Positions 11,426 to 23,900 of a stretch of DNA of 64,000 nt are shown here, piece after piece (the first letter of the stretch is position 1; each line of letters starts with the position of its first letter). The notes below the pieces were generated by a model. The model saw only the letters and a list, made by a program, of their open reading frames with translations, made no database searches and had not been told where the DNA came from. Source of the stretch: the human T2T-CHM13v2.0 reference genome, Homo sapiens; the NCBI RefSeq assembly GCF_009914755.1, contig NC_060926.1. One strand, 5' to 3'. A program made the position numbers and the translations under genes.

Positions 11426-13911
11426 TCATTTGACAGGTGTGTCATCCAAGGCTGAGTTTAATTTGACTAAATTAAGTTATCAATTCTCCTCATCCCCTGC
11501 TTCTCCTATGTCATTTGCTCTTTTCACTGTCACAAGTCAGATAAATCACAGAAATAATTCCTGCTAAAGACTCTGGATTATTAGTTCAAGAGCAATGTGC
11601 TAACTCTATTCAAGGTCTGGAGTTTGGATGTTTCAGCTTTAAAGGGGCTACATGAAAGAAGGTGGAGATGGGACAAATGAGTTCTAGAAGTGTTAAACAC
11701 TTTCTTTATTTTCTGTTTTATTTACATTATAACTGCCTGACAATCCCTGTTCAGCACCTGGCCCAGATCTTTCCACCTATTCTATCCTTTATTGCTATTT
11801 GTTTGATGACAGTTGTGTATTAACGTTGTGTTTGTAACCATTAATAATTCTAGTTGTGATGCTCTACCTTTGTGTAGGTAGTATTAATTTCCTTAAGTGT
11901 TCAGGAAAAGCAGTCCAAAATACTGAGGGCAAAAATTTCAGCTTTAAATGCTTTCAGCAGCCAGGCAGAGATTCTAATTAAAAGTAGCCAGATAGAAGAA
12001 ACAGTAGAAAGTCAGCAAGTTGGTAGGAAATCTTTAGGGCATATGCTTTGTCTAAATGGATAAGTCAAAACTAGGCTCTGGAGAGCTCTTCCATAAAGGA
12101 ATGAGATAGAATTAAGATATTTCAAAATAATCCCCAAGTTCTTGTTTTTACATGAAATTTCATGATTACAATTTTTTTTCTAGTTGATGTAAAATTTACT
12201 CTAAATTACAAAGAAAAATATATTACTCGGTAGATGGTTCATGGGTCACTTTACCTTTATTGAGTAATCCTTGACTATGAAAGATTGCATTAGATTATCT
12301 ATAGCATCTATTTTATTAATACCCTGTTTTCATCATTTAAGCCATTAATATGTGTAATAATAATGTAATAATAACCATATTCTCTTAGTAGAAACACTCA
12401 GTTGACACATTTAACTTTAAGCAGGGTCTTCAATAGTGGAACGAGAATGGCTCGTCAGTCTTCTCAAAGGCAATCTTTCCATCACTAACTTTGCACAATA
12501 ACACATGGGGCAAAAGACCTGGCTGAGTAAGTCCAGCTTGAGTCTATGAATGTTGTTGACATGTGCACCAAGCATGAATCTTGTTTTTCTTATCACTGTT
12601 CTCAGTCAAAATGAGCTAACGTTCCTGCTCCCAGAAAGATGGCCCATTTCTCTTGTTATCTGTGGATATTGACACAATTGAGAAGTATCAATTATTTATT
12701 CATAGTTCTCCAAATCTCTGAATTCTAAGACCCATACAATGGCTCAAATTTGAAACTTACAAATGCTTAAAATGATAAAACCGTATGGTCCCAGAGTGGA
12801 AAGCCAAATTCAAGCCATATAATTCAAACTTATATCTGATGCTTATGAAGGAGAGATTTATTTTTTAAACTGTGCGTTCACCGAAAACATATAATGTCTC
12901 CTCTGGTATAAACTATGTATCAGTTGATGATTCATTTACAAAAAAAGTCCAGGGAGTTGTATTGGGCAGACAATTTGGATGGCTAAAAATGATGTTTGCC
13001 TCCAGGGCTAAAAAGCCCCAGTGGAATTCATTGCTCCTCTATAAACTTTTCAGTAATGTGTTTGGTTGGGAAAGATTTAATTCTGGGAAGAGTAAAACCA
13101 GGGTGTATAAAGCTAGACATGGATAATAAACTGGGGAAACAGAGAACAATGGGGCCTTTAAAGTAATCCTTCCAGTGTTTGCACTAGTAAGGTTTTAAGA
13201 AAATGCTTTTATTTTCTTCTAATTATTTGATCCAAATTCTTTATTATATATTCAGGCTGTAGTGGCCTGGGGAAGGATAGGCCATATGTATAATTGTAAT
13301 TGAAAGTAAGATGACATCTGCTATAATCAGCAACAAGATTGCCTTGATATTTGGAGAAAACATTGTAGAAAAAATGAGGTGATAATTTAAAAAATCTTTT
13401 CACTCAGTCTCTGGATGTAAGTCACAGGAACAGCTGGAGGAAAAATTGCTTTTAGAGAACAGGCAATACTTTGGTCAAATGGAGGTACCTCAGGCCATTA
13501 AAATTATTGATACATTCTTCTGTTAATTCAGCATTCTATTATTAATTTAGCATTTTGCAATTTTATCACTCATTTATTATCCAAAATTTAGTTAGTATCT
13601 ATAAAAATATATTATTGAAATTTTGAGAGAAGATAGAACCATATAGATGGGAAAGCCAATTCAACTTTGGCTAGAATGTAGGCAGTTCATGGAGTATATG
13701 CACTGTTGAGGACTGCAGAGAATTCACTCTGGCTTCACCGGTAAGCTTAATGTCTGGGAAGAAGAAAGGATTTAAAGAATTAAGAGGATGACACGTAGAA
13801 AATTCTATAAATATTACAAGCAAAAACTGTTACCGAGACAAGTGGAGTCACCTGGCCAGAATTACACAGCTGGTTATGGCAGAGTTGGAAGAAACATAAC
13901 AAGGTCTAGAT

Positions 13912-14110
13912 TACTGATTCTATACTGGGGGAGATTTTACCCGTGAGGGGAAATTTGGCAACATCCACAGATGTTTTTGGTTATCACAACTTGGATGATG
14001 CAACTGGCTTCTAGTGGAGAGAAACTATAGGATGGTGCTAAACAGGATAGCCTCTCATCATGAATAATTATCTAGCTCTAACTGCCAGTAATAAAAGTTG
14101 AGAAACTATG
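13912..14110 (+). mobile_element. MER20 (hAT-Charlie DNA transposon)
   Basis: GGGGGAGATTTTACCC...GGGGAAATTTGGCAAC...TTTTTGGTTATCACAAC...GTTGAGAAACTATG follows the MER20 consensus; degenerate 8-bp TSD GTCTAGAT/GTCCAAAG. Confidence 0.8.
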
Positions 14111-14544
14111 GTCCAAAGAAAGAATATAGAAAATGGGATGGAGGCAGCATAATCAAAAGCAGCAGGAGTATAGAGATGAGAAAGAAGGTGTGGGACACAC
14201 AGTGACAGCATGTTTTTTACTTGTCCATTTCTGTGTGTATAAATGAGATACACCAACTATGCATATTTCACCCTGGGGCAGCACTTCCATGGATAATTAC
14301 CTGGTCATAATCTTTGAATTCTAGTTTCCTAGTTCCAAACATGAAATGAAGAGTAAGTTGATTCTCCTTAAACTGAATGTGTCTTTCACCTGAAAACACA
14401 GGCTTGGCACATATAAATAATTTTAATGGATAAGGCCTAGGTCTGATGGCTAGCCCAGGGAAGTTAAAGGATAACAACTGCCCCACTCCAGCAGGATTCA
14501 GATGAAGGTGATGACAGAAAATAGACATGGCTGGAGAATGGGGG

Positions 14545-16478
14545 TGTCTTAGTCCATTTTGTGTTGCTATAACAGGATGCCTAGGATTGATAATTTATAA
14601 AGAAAATAAATTGATTTGACCCGTGATTCTGATAGCTGGAAGGTTCAAAATTGGAAAGTTGAATATGATGATGACCCCATGATGCTTCAATTTATGGTGG
14701 AGAGTAGAAAAAGGGCAAAGAGTGTGCAAAGATATCCTCATGGCTTTGCTGGTCACAGCTGATGTGGCTTCTCTCATGGTTTGGAGTCAAATGCCTGTAA
14801 CTTTCTCAGGTGGGAATTACATATTCCTGGTGGCTCTGTAATGTTGGGGTCTTGACAGTGGCCCCAATCTCACAGCTCCCCCAGGCACTGAGGTGAGCTC
14901 CCTGTGTCAGCTCTAACCTCACATTTTTAACTCAGCATTGCCCTACTTCTTCACTAGTTCCACCCCATTGGCATATCTGTGCCTCGGTCCACAGACTATT
15001 TCATACCTTCTTTGAAATGCTGGTGGAAGAAACCATGCTTCCATAGCATTGCATTCTGAAGGCCTGCAAATTAGTTCCATGTGTATGTGAATGCCACCAA
15101 GGCTTATGGCTTGCATTCTTTTTGGTGGCAGCATGTGCCTTAACCTGGGCCCCCTTGAGCAATGCTTCTTGCTCCAACAGAGGAGCTGGGATGTGGAAAG
15201 CAGTGTCCCACAGTGGCACTGGAAAGTGGCAACACGGTCCTGTCCTTGATACTATTCTGTCATTCTAGGTCTCTGGGCCTGAGATGGGAGGGGAAACCTC
15301 AGTAATCTTTTAAATGCCTTTTTCTAATTGTTTTGACTATTAGCACCTGGCTCTGTTTTATCGTGCTAATCTCTTTAGTAAGTGGTTGCTTGGCCATACC
15401 CTTGAATTTCTCTCATAAAAATACACTTTCATTCTCTACCACATGGCCAGGCTGTGAATTTTCCAAATTCTTACTCTCTGCTTCCCTTTTAGTTGCAAAT
15501 TCTCTCTTTAGATCATTCTTTTCTCTTATTATTACTCTTTTTTTTTCTGTAGCTCAGCACAGCTATTAAAAATAACCATGCAGCTTCTTGAATACTTTGC
15601 TGCTCAGAAATTTCTTCTACCAGTTATACTAGTTCATTTTTCTTATTTTCCACCTTCACAAAGCCCTGGGACATGGACACAATGTAGCCAAGTCCTTTGC
15701 TATAGTGTAACAAGGGTGACCTGTCTCTACTTCCCAATAGGTACCTCTGAATTTCCATCTGAGATTTTGTCAGAATTGCCTTCACTGTTCATATTTCCAT
15801 TAATATTTTGGTTACAGCCACTTAACCGATCTCTGAGAAGTTCCAAACTTTCCCTCATCCTTTTGTCTTCTGATCCTTCGTCAGAAGTGCCCTTAATGCT
15901 CTTTTCATTGCAATACAGGCAATACAGGCTATTCTATTATGCTCCTCAGCAGACTAGAATACAATCACTACAAATTACGCATTTCCAAAGCTGCCTTCAT
16001 ATTTCCAGTTGTCGTATAACAACATCCTAATCTTCAATACCAACTTTCCATCTTTATTTAGCATTGCTATAACAGAATACCTGAGGCTGGATAATTTATA
16101 AAGAGGTTGATTTTGCTTACAATTCCAGTGGCTGGAAAGTTCAAGATTGAGCATCTGCATCTGGTGAGGGCCTCATGCTACTTAAACTCATGGCAGAAAG
16201 TTAAAGCAGAGCTGGAATGTGTAAAGAGATCACGTGGTGATAGAGTAAGAAATAGAAATTGAGAAAGCCAGACACTGTAACAAGTCACTCTCTTAGGAAC
16301 AAATCTATTCCTAAGAAAGAACTTACTAACTCCTTTGGTGGGGTATTAATGTATTTGTGAGGGATTCGACCCCATGATCCAAACACTTTCCACTAGGCCT
16401 CGCCTCCCAACACTGCAACGTTGGGATCAAATTTCAGCGCGAGTTTTGGTGGGGATAAACCACATCTAAACCATAGCA
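14545..16478 (-). mobile_element. MST-family MaLR element: partial LTR, internal region, full LTR
   Basis: LTR ends TGTCTTAGTCCATTTTGTGTTGCTATAACAG at 14545 and ...AAACCATAGCA at 16478. The right LTR spans about 16049-16478; the left LTR breaks off near 14740 into MaLR internal sequence. Confidence 0.8.
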
Positions 16479-17724
16479 GAAGACATTATTTTAGACCATG
16501 GTTACTCAGAGAGCACCAGATCCACCCTGTCTGGACAAGAGGGGGATATCAGACATTGAGTTTTGAGCATGAACTGTAAATGAACCTTCTTATGCTAGGC
16601 ACTTCTGGAAAAGAGACCACACGGCTTCCTCTCTTATAAGATAACTGGGTACTCTTATCAATAATTGGTAGGTGTTCATGGGCAAGGCTGCCCACACAAA
16701 AGAAATCCAAAAATCCTTTCACATTGTGATACTAAAGCCTGTTAGTATATGTTACACCATTACAATTCCAAGGTATCATTTGCATCTAAGTTCAAAATAT
16801 TACTTTTTTACACAGTTACAGCATCTTGCTTAGGCATAAACATCCTATTACCAGGTGCCATTGTTTTGGTGGGGTGTGGCAAAAGACCCTAAAAATCTCC
16901 CAGTCAAACAATTTTGTTACTTTTTTACATTTCAGGTCAAAATATCACTGAACCTGAGAGTCTGAAGACACTTGAAAGTTTCCAGAAGATATCAAAGTAG
17001 TTGAATCTGAATATCAATATTAAAAATGGACTAAAACTTTAGTTTTAAATAATTACACAAAAATGGGAAATAAATCCTTCATTGGAACGGGATTTTTTCT
17101 AAAAAATTGAGAAAGAAGGACTCTGCATTTTCCTGGCTCTCTCCTCTACTTGCTTAGGCATCCAGGGTTCTTCCGCCTTGCCGTGTGCCAGCCTTGGATA
17201 CAGAGAACTTTTACTGCTCTAAATTGTATTTACTTCTCAGAATTCCTGAGCCTTGATACTAGGTTCTCTGTGGGAGCTCGATAAATATTCATTGATGGGG
17301 ATGGTAATGAATACTAGATTTTTTTGGCTCCCTGCTTTCTGACTTTAATCCAGCCATTTCCTTCTCTCTTCCCTGGGGGGACTGGCAATCTGTTTAAAAC
17401 ATGTTTGCACTTTGGAATCAGGAGGAGAAGCCAGCATAATTGTTAGCTTCCAGTGACTCCTGGACTGTCAGTTAATTCTCAGGTCTTGACATTTTCTCTA
17501 CTCTACACAGAGCTTAAGTTTACACATAAGTGAATTAGTATCACCCTGAAAGATTTATTTCAGCGATGAAAGTATGTCTAGGAAGCCTCCTTTCCCTCTC
17601 AAAATAACATGTTCCAAACACACGACACTGGTGTATACCTCCCTGAAATTCTATTATTCATCCAGTATCTGGACTATAAACTGTCTCCTCTTTAAAAAGT
17701 TAATTCAGGTGGCTTTGAGTGTGG

Positions 17725-17855
17725 GAGGAAATCAGCATGGAGAATGGACTTGGTTATCGTCTTAATGCTGCCAATAATTACCTGTGCAACTTCACAAAAC
17801 TCATTTTATCACTTTGGGGCTCAGTTTTCTTACCCAGAAAATGATGAGCCTGGAA
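17725..17855 (+). mobile_element. MIR fragment
   Basis: TCTTAATGCTGCCAATAATTACCTGTGCAACTT...GGGCTCAGTTTTCTTACCCAGAAAATG resembles the MIR core. Confidence 0.5.
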
Positions 17856-19641
17856 AAAAAAAATGTGTGTTTTCTTTCATCTCTAATTTTTTTAAAAAAG
17901 AAAGAAAGTAAAACAACTCCCATGCAGATGAAAAATGAACATGTGTTAAATATACCATTTAACTCAATATTTAAATTAGGAAAGAAACGTGTAAGATGTT
18001 ACTATCAGTTTATAGGTCGGAATCCAAAGAAAAGATATATTTATAGAGGTAGAATAATGAAATAAATATACAAATTGAGGCCAAACAAGCTGTTTTCACC
18101 TTGAGGAAGTCAGTTGAACCTGCACTATACAAATTTTCTGGGTCTGTTAAGAGAACTTTTTTTTCATTGCTCTCAGGTACCTACAACTTGGAGAATTATA
18201 AAATAGCTCCTATAAAATCAGTATAGTTAACTCTAAAAGGTGTATTCTAAGCAATGCATAGTTTTTTGTTTTGTTTTGTTGTTGTTTGTTTTTGTGGGTG
18301 GTGGTGGTGGTGGTTTGTTTGTTTTTACCAAAGCACAAATTTTCCCTTACATTACAAATCAGGTGCTAAGTACAATGTTTGGTCACAGTGGGTACTCAAG
18401 GTTTATTAGTCACTAATATTTTTTCTAAAATGATAATTTCTCTGTGATTTAGTATCCAAATCTGCCGCCTAAAATTTTGTGTACTTCAAGAGCAATCTGC
18501 TCTTTGTTCTCAAACCTAATATTAACTGGATGCTATATATCAGTTTATACTTTTTATCAAATTACATTTCTCTGATCCTGTGAGGAGAATATTTATTGTC
18601 TTTTTTCCCTCCCTCATTTGAGGGAGACTGTCAAGGTATTCAAAGCTTCCCAACAGGGAAGCATCCTGCGAGAGTCCTTTACTTTATCTGGCATCAGTAA
18701 CTATTTCTTTTTTTTAAACGAGGAATATGCCCATATAATTCAGGTTAAATCAATGTGTCCTGATCCTTCATCAATGCTTACCTTCTCCTGTTTGACAATT
18801 CACTTTAACTATAACACTCTTTCTATACTTACCTCTGGCTTCAAGCAGATCTTTCACCCCTTCATTCTTTCCATTCTTCCTTCCTGTTTAATTTCACTGA
18901 TTCCAACAAAAAGTCAACTCTTGGAAACAGATCAAAGTCTAAATGAGGGCTATTTTGTCCATTATTTGTAAATAAAAATTCTAAAGCAGATAACAGTTAT
19001 GATAAAAATGTTACGTGACTTTGGCAAAATTGGGTGTCTGTGGTGAGGACGGGTTATTAGTGCTTTGTTGAAAGCAATCTCCTAATTGGATGCAATCACT
19101 GCTTCCAACTAACAATACTTGCTTTCATGTGCACAAGTCCCTAATCAATGTTTAGTTTCCGGACTTTAGTTTTAAGATCTTATTTTTCTTTCAAAATGCA
19201 ACTGAGGGATATATTTTCTTCAATGTGTATTTCTAATTTAGTTTTCAGATCATAATTGGCTGGTATAGTCATTTTTCATCAGATGAAAGAACATTGGCAA
19301 CATAATTGTGCTTCAAAAAATTTTACTGGAATGGAACCCAAAATCTTTTAACCTAAACTGATAACAAATTGGCAAATCCAAATCTCATGGGTGTGTCTGT
19401 GTTTGCTCACTATATAACTATAATACTTGGGTATTTTTTTCCTTCAGCGAATAGGTATTTTTTTCCTTCAGCGAATAGTCTACTGAATTATAGAAAATGG
19501 CAGGTAAGGCCAATTAAGCAAATTTGCACTATTGCAGTTTGAATTCATAAAAAGCTTGAATAATAAAATATTTGTAGAGAGACTGTTTTACTGCATATAT
19601 ATCAAATGTAAATTAGAATTAGGGTGATAATATATTTACTA

Positions 19642-20109
19642 CGTAGAGGAAAGGAAATATATTTTTCTCACCCATTCTAGGTTCATTGCCGAGGTCCTTT
19701 AAACAAAAGAAAAATTAACAAAAAAATGCATCAAATTGATTTAAAGTAAGTTTTATGGGAACAGGATCCTTCATAAGGAAGTGGAGACCCAAAGGAATGG
19801 GTAAATCTGTGTATTTTTACGTTAGCTTTGATGAATAAGTGGATAGCCATGGAGAGGTATGATTAAATTAAAAACTGAAGATAATTTAGCAAAGTTGGTT
19901 TGTTCAAATTCTGTTCTGTGTTGCTGTGTCTTCAGAGATAAAGATGTTTCTTTCCTCTACACATGAGGAGGGTAGCTCTCTAATGAGGGCCTTTGGACCT
20001 GCTTTAGGGGAGAAGAGTAAGGGGAATATGAGAGTGGACTTCCTGTTTCTGCTGTTTTCTTGAATGCCAACGTTCCATGTTTTGGGGTAGCATGTCCTGA
20101 ATCCCATCA
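19642..20109 (-). mobile_element. MER31-like ERV1 solo LTR
   Basis: Minus strand begins TGATGGGATTCAGGACATGCTACCCCAAAACATGG, the recalled MER31 start; degenerate 4-bp TSD ACTA/ACCA. Confidence 0.7.
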
Positions 20110-20439
20110 ACCATAATCAGTAGATTAAAAAATATATATATGCTATCTTATCAATGAGGTACTTTCAGAGTAGCAAAAGGACTTTCAAGCAGTCTATCTT
20201 CATAAAAAAATTATATACTTTCTTTAAAAGGATTTTGACATTATTAATTTGTTAAATAAATCTGACATTCATTTGGCCCCAGATCTCTGTGTAGGGCCTT
20301 GCATATTGTGGATATTTAAAAACAACAAGACAACAAAAATAACAGATAATTTATTGACTAATTAACGTGCTTTATTGACTAATTAATTACCTTTGTGAAG
20401 TTTTAAAATGTATACATTGATTTAACTGTAACAAATATA

Positions 20440-20605
20440 TGAAGTAGACACTTTTAGTATCCTTGTTTTACAGGTAAATAAACTAAGGAAGAGGGAAATT
20501 AAGTAATTTTCCCAAGGTCTAATAGCAAGCTAATATTTAAACCATATTTTAACCCAGGAAGAGCAATTTTATGCCCAGTTCACTTGATTACCACACTACT
20601 CTGTT
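20440..20605 (-). mobile_element. MIR fragment
   Basis: TATCCTTGTTTTACAGGTAAATAAACTAAGG...AATTAAGTAATTTTCCCAAGGTC resembles the MIR core. Confidence 0.6.
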
Positions 20606-20644
20606 TCTAAATAAGTGGTTTTATATATAAATGTTATATGTTTA

Positions 20645-20740
20645 CTTCCCTTTCCACTCCTCCCTGCTCACCACAGCCTCTGGTAGCCACCATTCTACTT
20701 TATACTTCTATGAATTTGGCTTTTTTAGATTCCACATATG
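20645..20740 (-). mobile_element. Short L1MA 3' UTR fragment
   Basis: CAGCCTCTGGTAGCCACCATTCTACT...TTAGATTCCACATATG, paralogous to 21180-21267. Confidence 0.75.
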
Positions 20741-20911
20741 GCTTCAAAGATAAACTTCAACAGAGAGGTTTTGTTATTTTTCTACTGTGTCCATGGCATC
20801 CTGCTGAATGACCTATAAAAATTCTCATTTTTTTAACTTTCTTTTTAGCCTTAGTGTTGTATAACTGACAAATAAAAATTGTATGTATTTAAGGAACACA
20901 ACTTGTTTCAA

Positions 20912-23900
20912 GTTTTATTTTATTTTTAATTGATAAATAGTAATTTTATATATTTATGGGGTAAAATGTGACATTGTAATACATGTATGCATTGTGGAAT
21001 GATCAAATCAGGATAACTAGCATATCCTCAAATATTTATCATTTCTTTATGGTGGGAAGGTTTAAAACACACTTTTAGCTATTATTAAGTATTGCTACCT
21101 TGCTGTGAAAAAGCACACTAGAACTTACTCTTTCTATATAACTGTAACTTTATATCCATTAACCAACATCTCAACTTTCTCTGTCTAGTCCTCCCTGCTC
21201 CCGACAGCCTCTGGTAACTACCATTCTAGTGTCTACTTCTATGAGTTTGACCATTAGATTCCACATGCAATTGAAATCATGAAGTATTTGTTTCTCTGTC
21301 CTTGGCTTATTTCACTTAACATAATGTCCTCTAGGTTCATCCATGTTGTTGAAAATGACAGAATTTCCTCCTTTTTTTTTAAGGCTGAATTTTATTTAAA
21401 GCTGAATTTTAGTATTTTATTGTGTATGTGTATCACATTTCTTTAATCCATTTATCTATTAATGGATACTAGGTTGTTTCCATAGCTCAGCTATTGAGAA
21501 GAATACTTCAATGAACATGAGAGTACTGATTTTTCTTCCACATATCAATTTCAATTCCTTTGGGTGTATACTCAGTAGTGGGGCTGCCAGATAATAACTT
21601 AATTCATTTTTAGTTTTTTGAGGAACCTCTCTATTGTTTTCCAAAATGTCTGTACAAATATACAATACCACCAACAGTGTAGAAGCATTCCCTTTTCTCC
21701 ACATTCTCACCAACACTTATCTTCCATCTTTTAGCTAACAGCCAACCTAACAGGTATGAGGTGAAATCTCATTGTGGGTTTTCATTTTCATTTCTCTGAT
21801 TATTAAAGATGTTGAACATGTTTTTATATATCTGTTGGTCATTTGTATGTCTGCCTTTGAGAAATATCTATTCAAGTTGTTTGCCCATTTACAATATGGC
21901 TATTTGTGTCTTATTATTAATTTTCTTGTATGTTTTGGATATGAACCTTTCATCTGATGCATAATTTGCAAATATTCCTCCCAATGAGGGTTGTCTCCTT
22001 ACTCTACTGTTTTCTTTGCTGTGCAGAAGCTTTTGGTTTCATGCAGTTTTATTTGTCTATTTTTGCTTTCATTACGTGTGCTTTTGAGTCATATTCAAGA
22101 AATCTCTACCCAGACCAATGACTTGGAGTTTTATCCAATGTTTTCTTCCATTAGTTTTATATTTTCAGGTCTTCTTTTTAAGTATGTCATCCATTTTGAG
22201 TTTATTCTTGTATAATTGGTGAGGAAAGGGTCCATTTTTATTATTCTGTATGTGTATATCCAGTTTTCGCAACACAATTTATTGAAGAGACTGTTCTCCT
22301 ATTGTGTGTTGTTGGCACTTTGATAAAAAATCAATTGACTATAGATGTGGGGTTTACTTCTGGGCACTCTATTCTATTCCACTGGTTGGTGTGTCTGTTT
22401 TATGCCAGTACCATGATCTTTTAATTACTATAGCTTTGAAACACATTTTGAAATTTGGTATGCAGATTGGTTGAAATGTCTCCAACTTTGTTCTTTTTTG
22501 TCAAGATTGATTTGACTATTTGGGTCCTTTTGTGGTTCTGTATACATTTTAGTATTTTTTTCTATTTATATGAAGAATGACATTGAAATTATTATAGGAA
22601 TTCTGTTGAATTGTAGATTAAGTGTTTATGAATATTTTAACAATATGAATTATTCAAATTCATAAATGTTGGGTATCATTCTATTTGTGTCTTCAATGTA
22701 TTTCATCAATATTTTATTGTTTTCAGTATATATGCATATCTTTATATATAGATATCTTTCACTTCTTGATGAAAGTATTTTTATACTATTATAAACAGAA
22801 TTGGTTTTTAAAATTTATTTTTCAGACAGTTTGTTGTTAGTGTATAGAAACACTATTGATTTTTGTAAGTTGATACTTTATACTGAAAATTTACTGTTTG
22901 TTTATCAGTTCTAACAGTTTTTTTGGCAGAGTCATTAGAAATTTTTATATAAAAGATCAAGTCATCAGGAAACACAAAGAATTTCACTCTATCCTTTCCT
23001 ATTTGGATAACTGTAATTTTTTTCTTTTGCCTAATTGCTCTGTGTAGGACTTCCAGTACTTCAAATAGAAGTGGTGAGAGTGGACATTGTTATTTTTTTC
23101 CTTACCTTAAAGAAAATACTTAGTTTTTAACACCGAGTATGTTAGCTATGAGCTAATAATATATGGCCTTTATTATGTTGAAGAACATTTCTTCTATACC
23201 TAATTTGTTGAGAGTTTTTATCATGAAAGAATGTTGAATCTTGTCAAGTGCTTTTTCTCCATCCATTGAGGTGATCATAAGATTTTTGCCCTTAATTCTG
23301 TGAATATGGTGAATTACACTTATTGATTTGCATATGATGAACTAACTTTGAATCTTAGGACTAAATCCTAATTGATCATGGCAAATGATCATTTTAATGT
23401 ACTTTTGGATAGGAATTGCTAGTATTTCATTGAGGATTTTTGCATCTATGTTCATTAATGATATTTGCCTATAGTTTAGTTTTTTTGTAGTGTTTTTCTC
23501 TGGCTTTGGTATTGAGGTGATGGGGCCTCATTATGAAAAATGACTTTGGATGTAGTCCTTCCCTCATGTATAAATTTCTAGAAGAGTTTGAGAAGGATAG
23601 GTATTAGTAAATTTTTAAATGTTTGAGAGAATATTCATGAAGTCATCTGTTCTTGGATTTTCTTTGGTGAGATACTTTTAATTACCAGTTCAATTTCCTT
23701 ACTCAGCATTGCACTGTTCAGGTTTCTGAATTTTGTGATTCGCTCTTAATAGGTTATTTGCTTCTGGGAATTTGCCTATTTCCTCCAGCTTGTCAATTTT
23801 TTGACATATAATTGTTCTTAGTCTCACATGACTCTTCATATTTCTGTGTTACCTGTTGTAATGTCTCTTTTCTCATTTCTGGTTTTATTTATTTGGGTCT

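Noticed and set aside
15578-16030. 150-aa ORF, and the cluster of overlapping ORFs at 31996-33367
   Set aside because: They lie within MaLR internal sequence and are antisense or decayed repeat frames.
14540-16483. Possible TSD for the MST element
   Set aside because: The flanks GGGGG and GAAGA match at only 2/5, so no TSD is claimed.
16920-17000. Acceptor-like TTTTTACATTTCAG, and similar sites at about 28236, 30073 and 57842
   Set aside because: No consistent donor pairing or reading frame; exons cannot be supported without transcript data.
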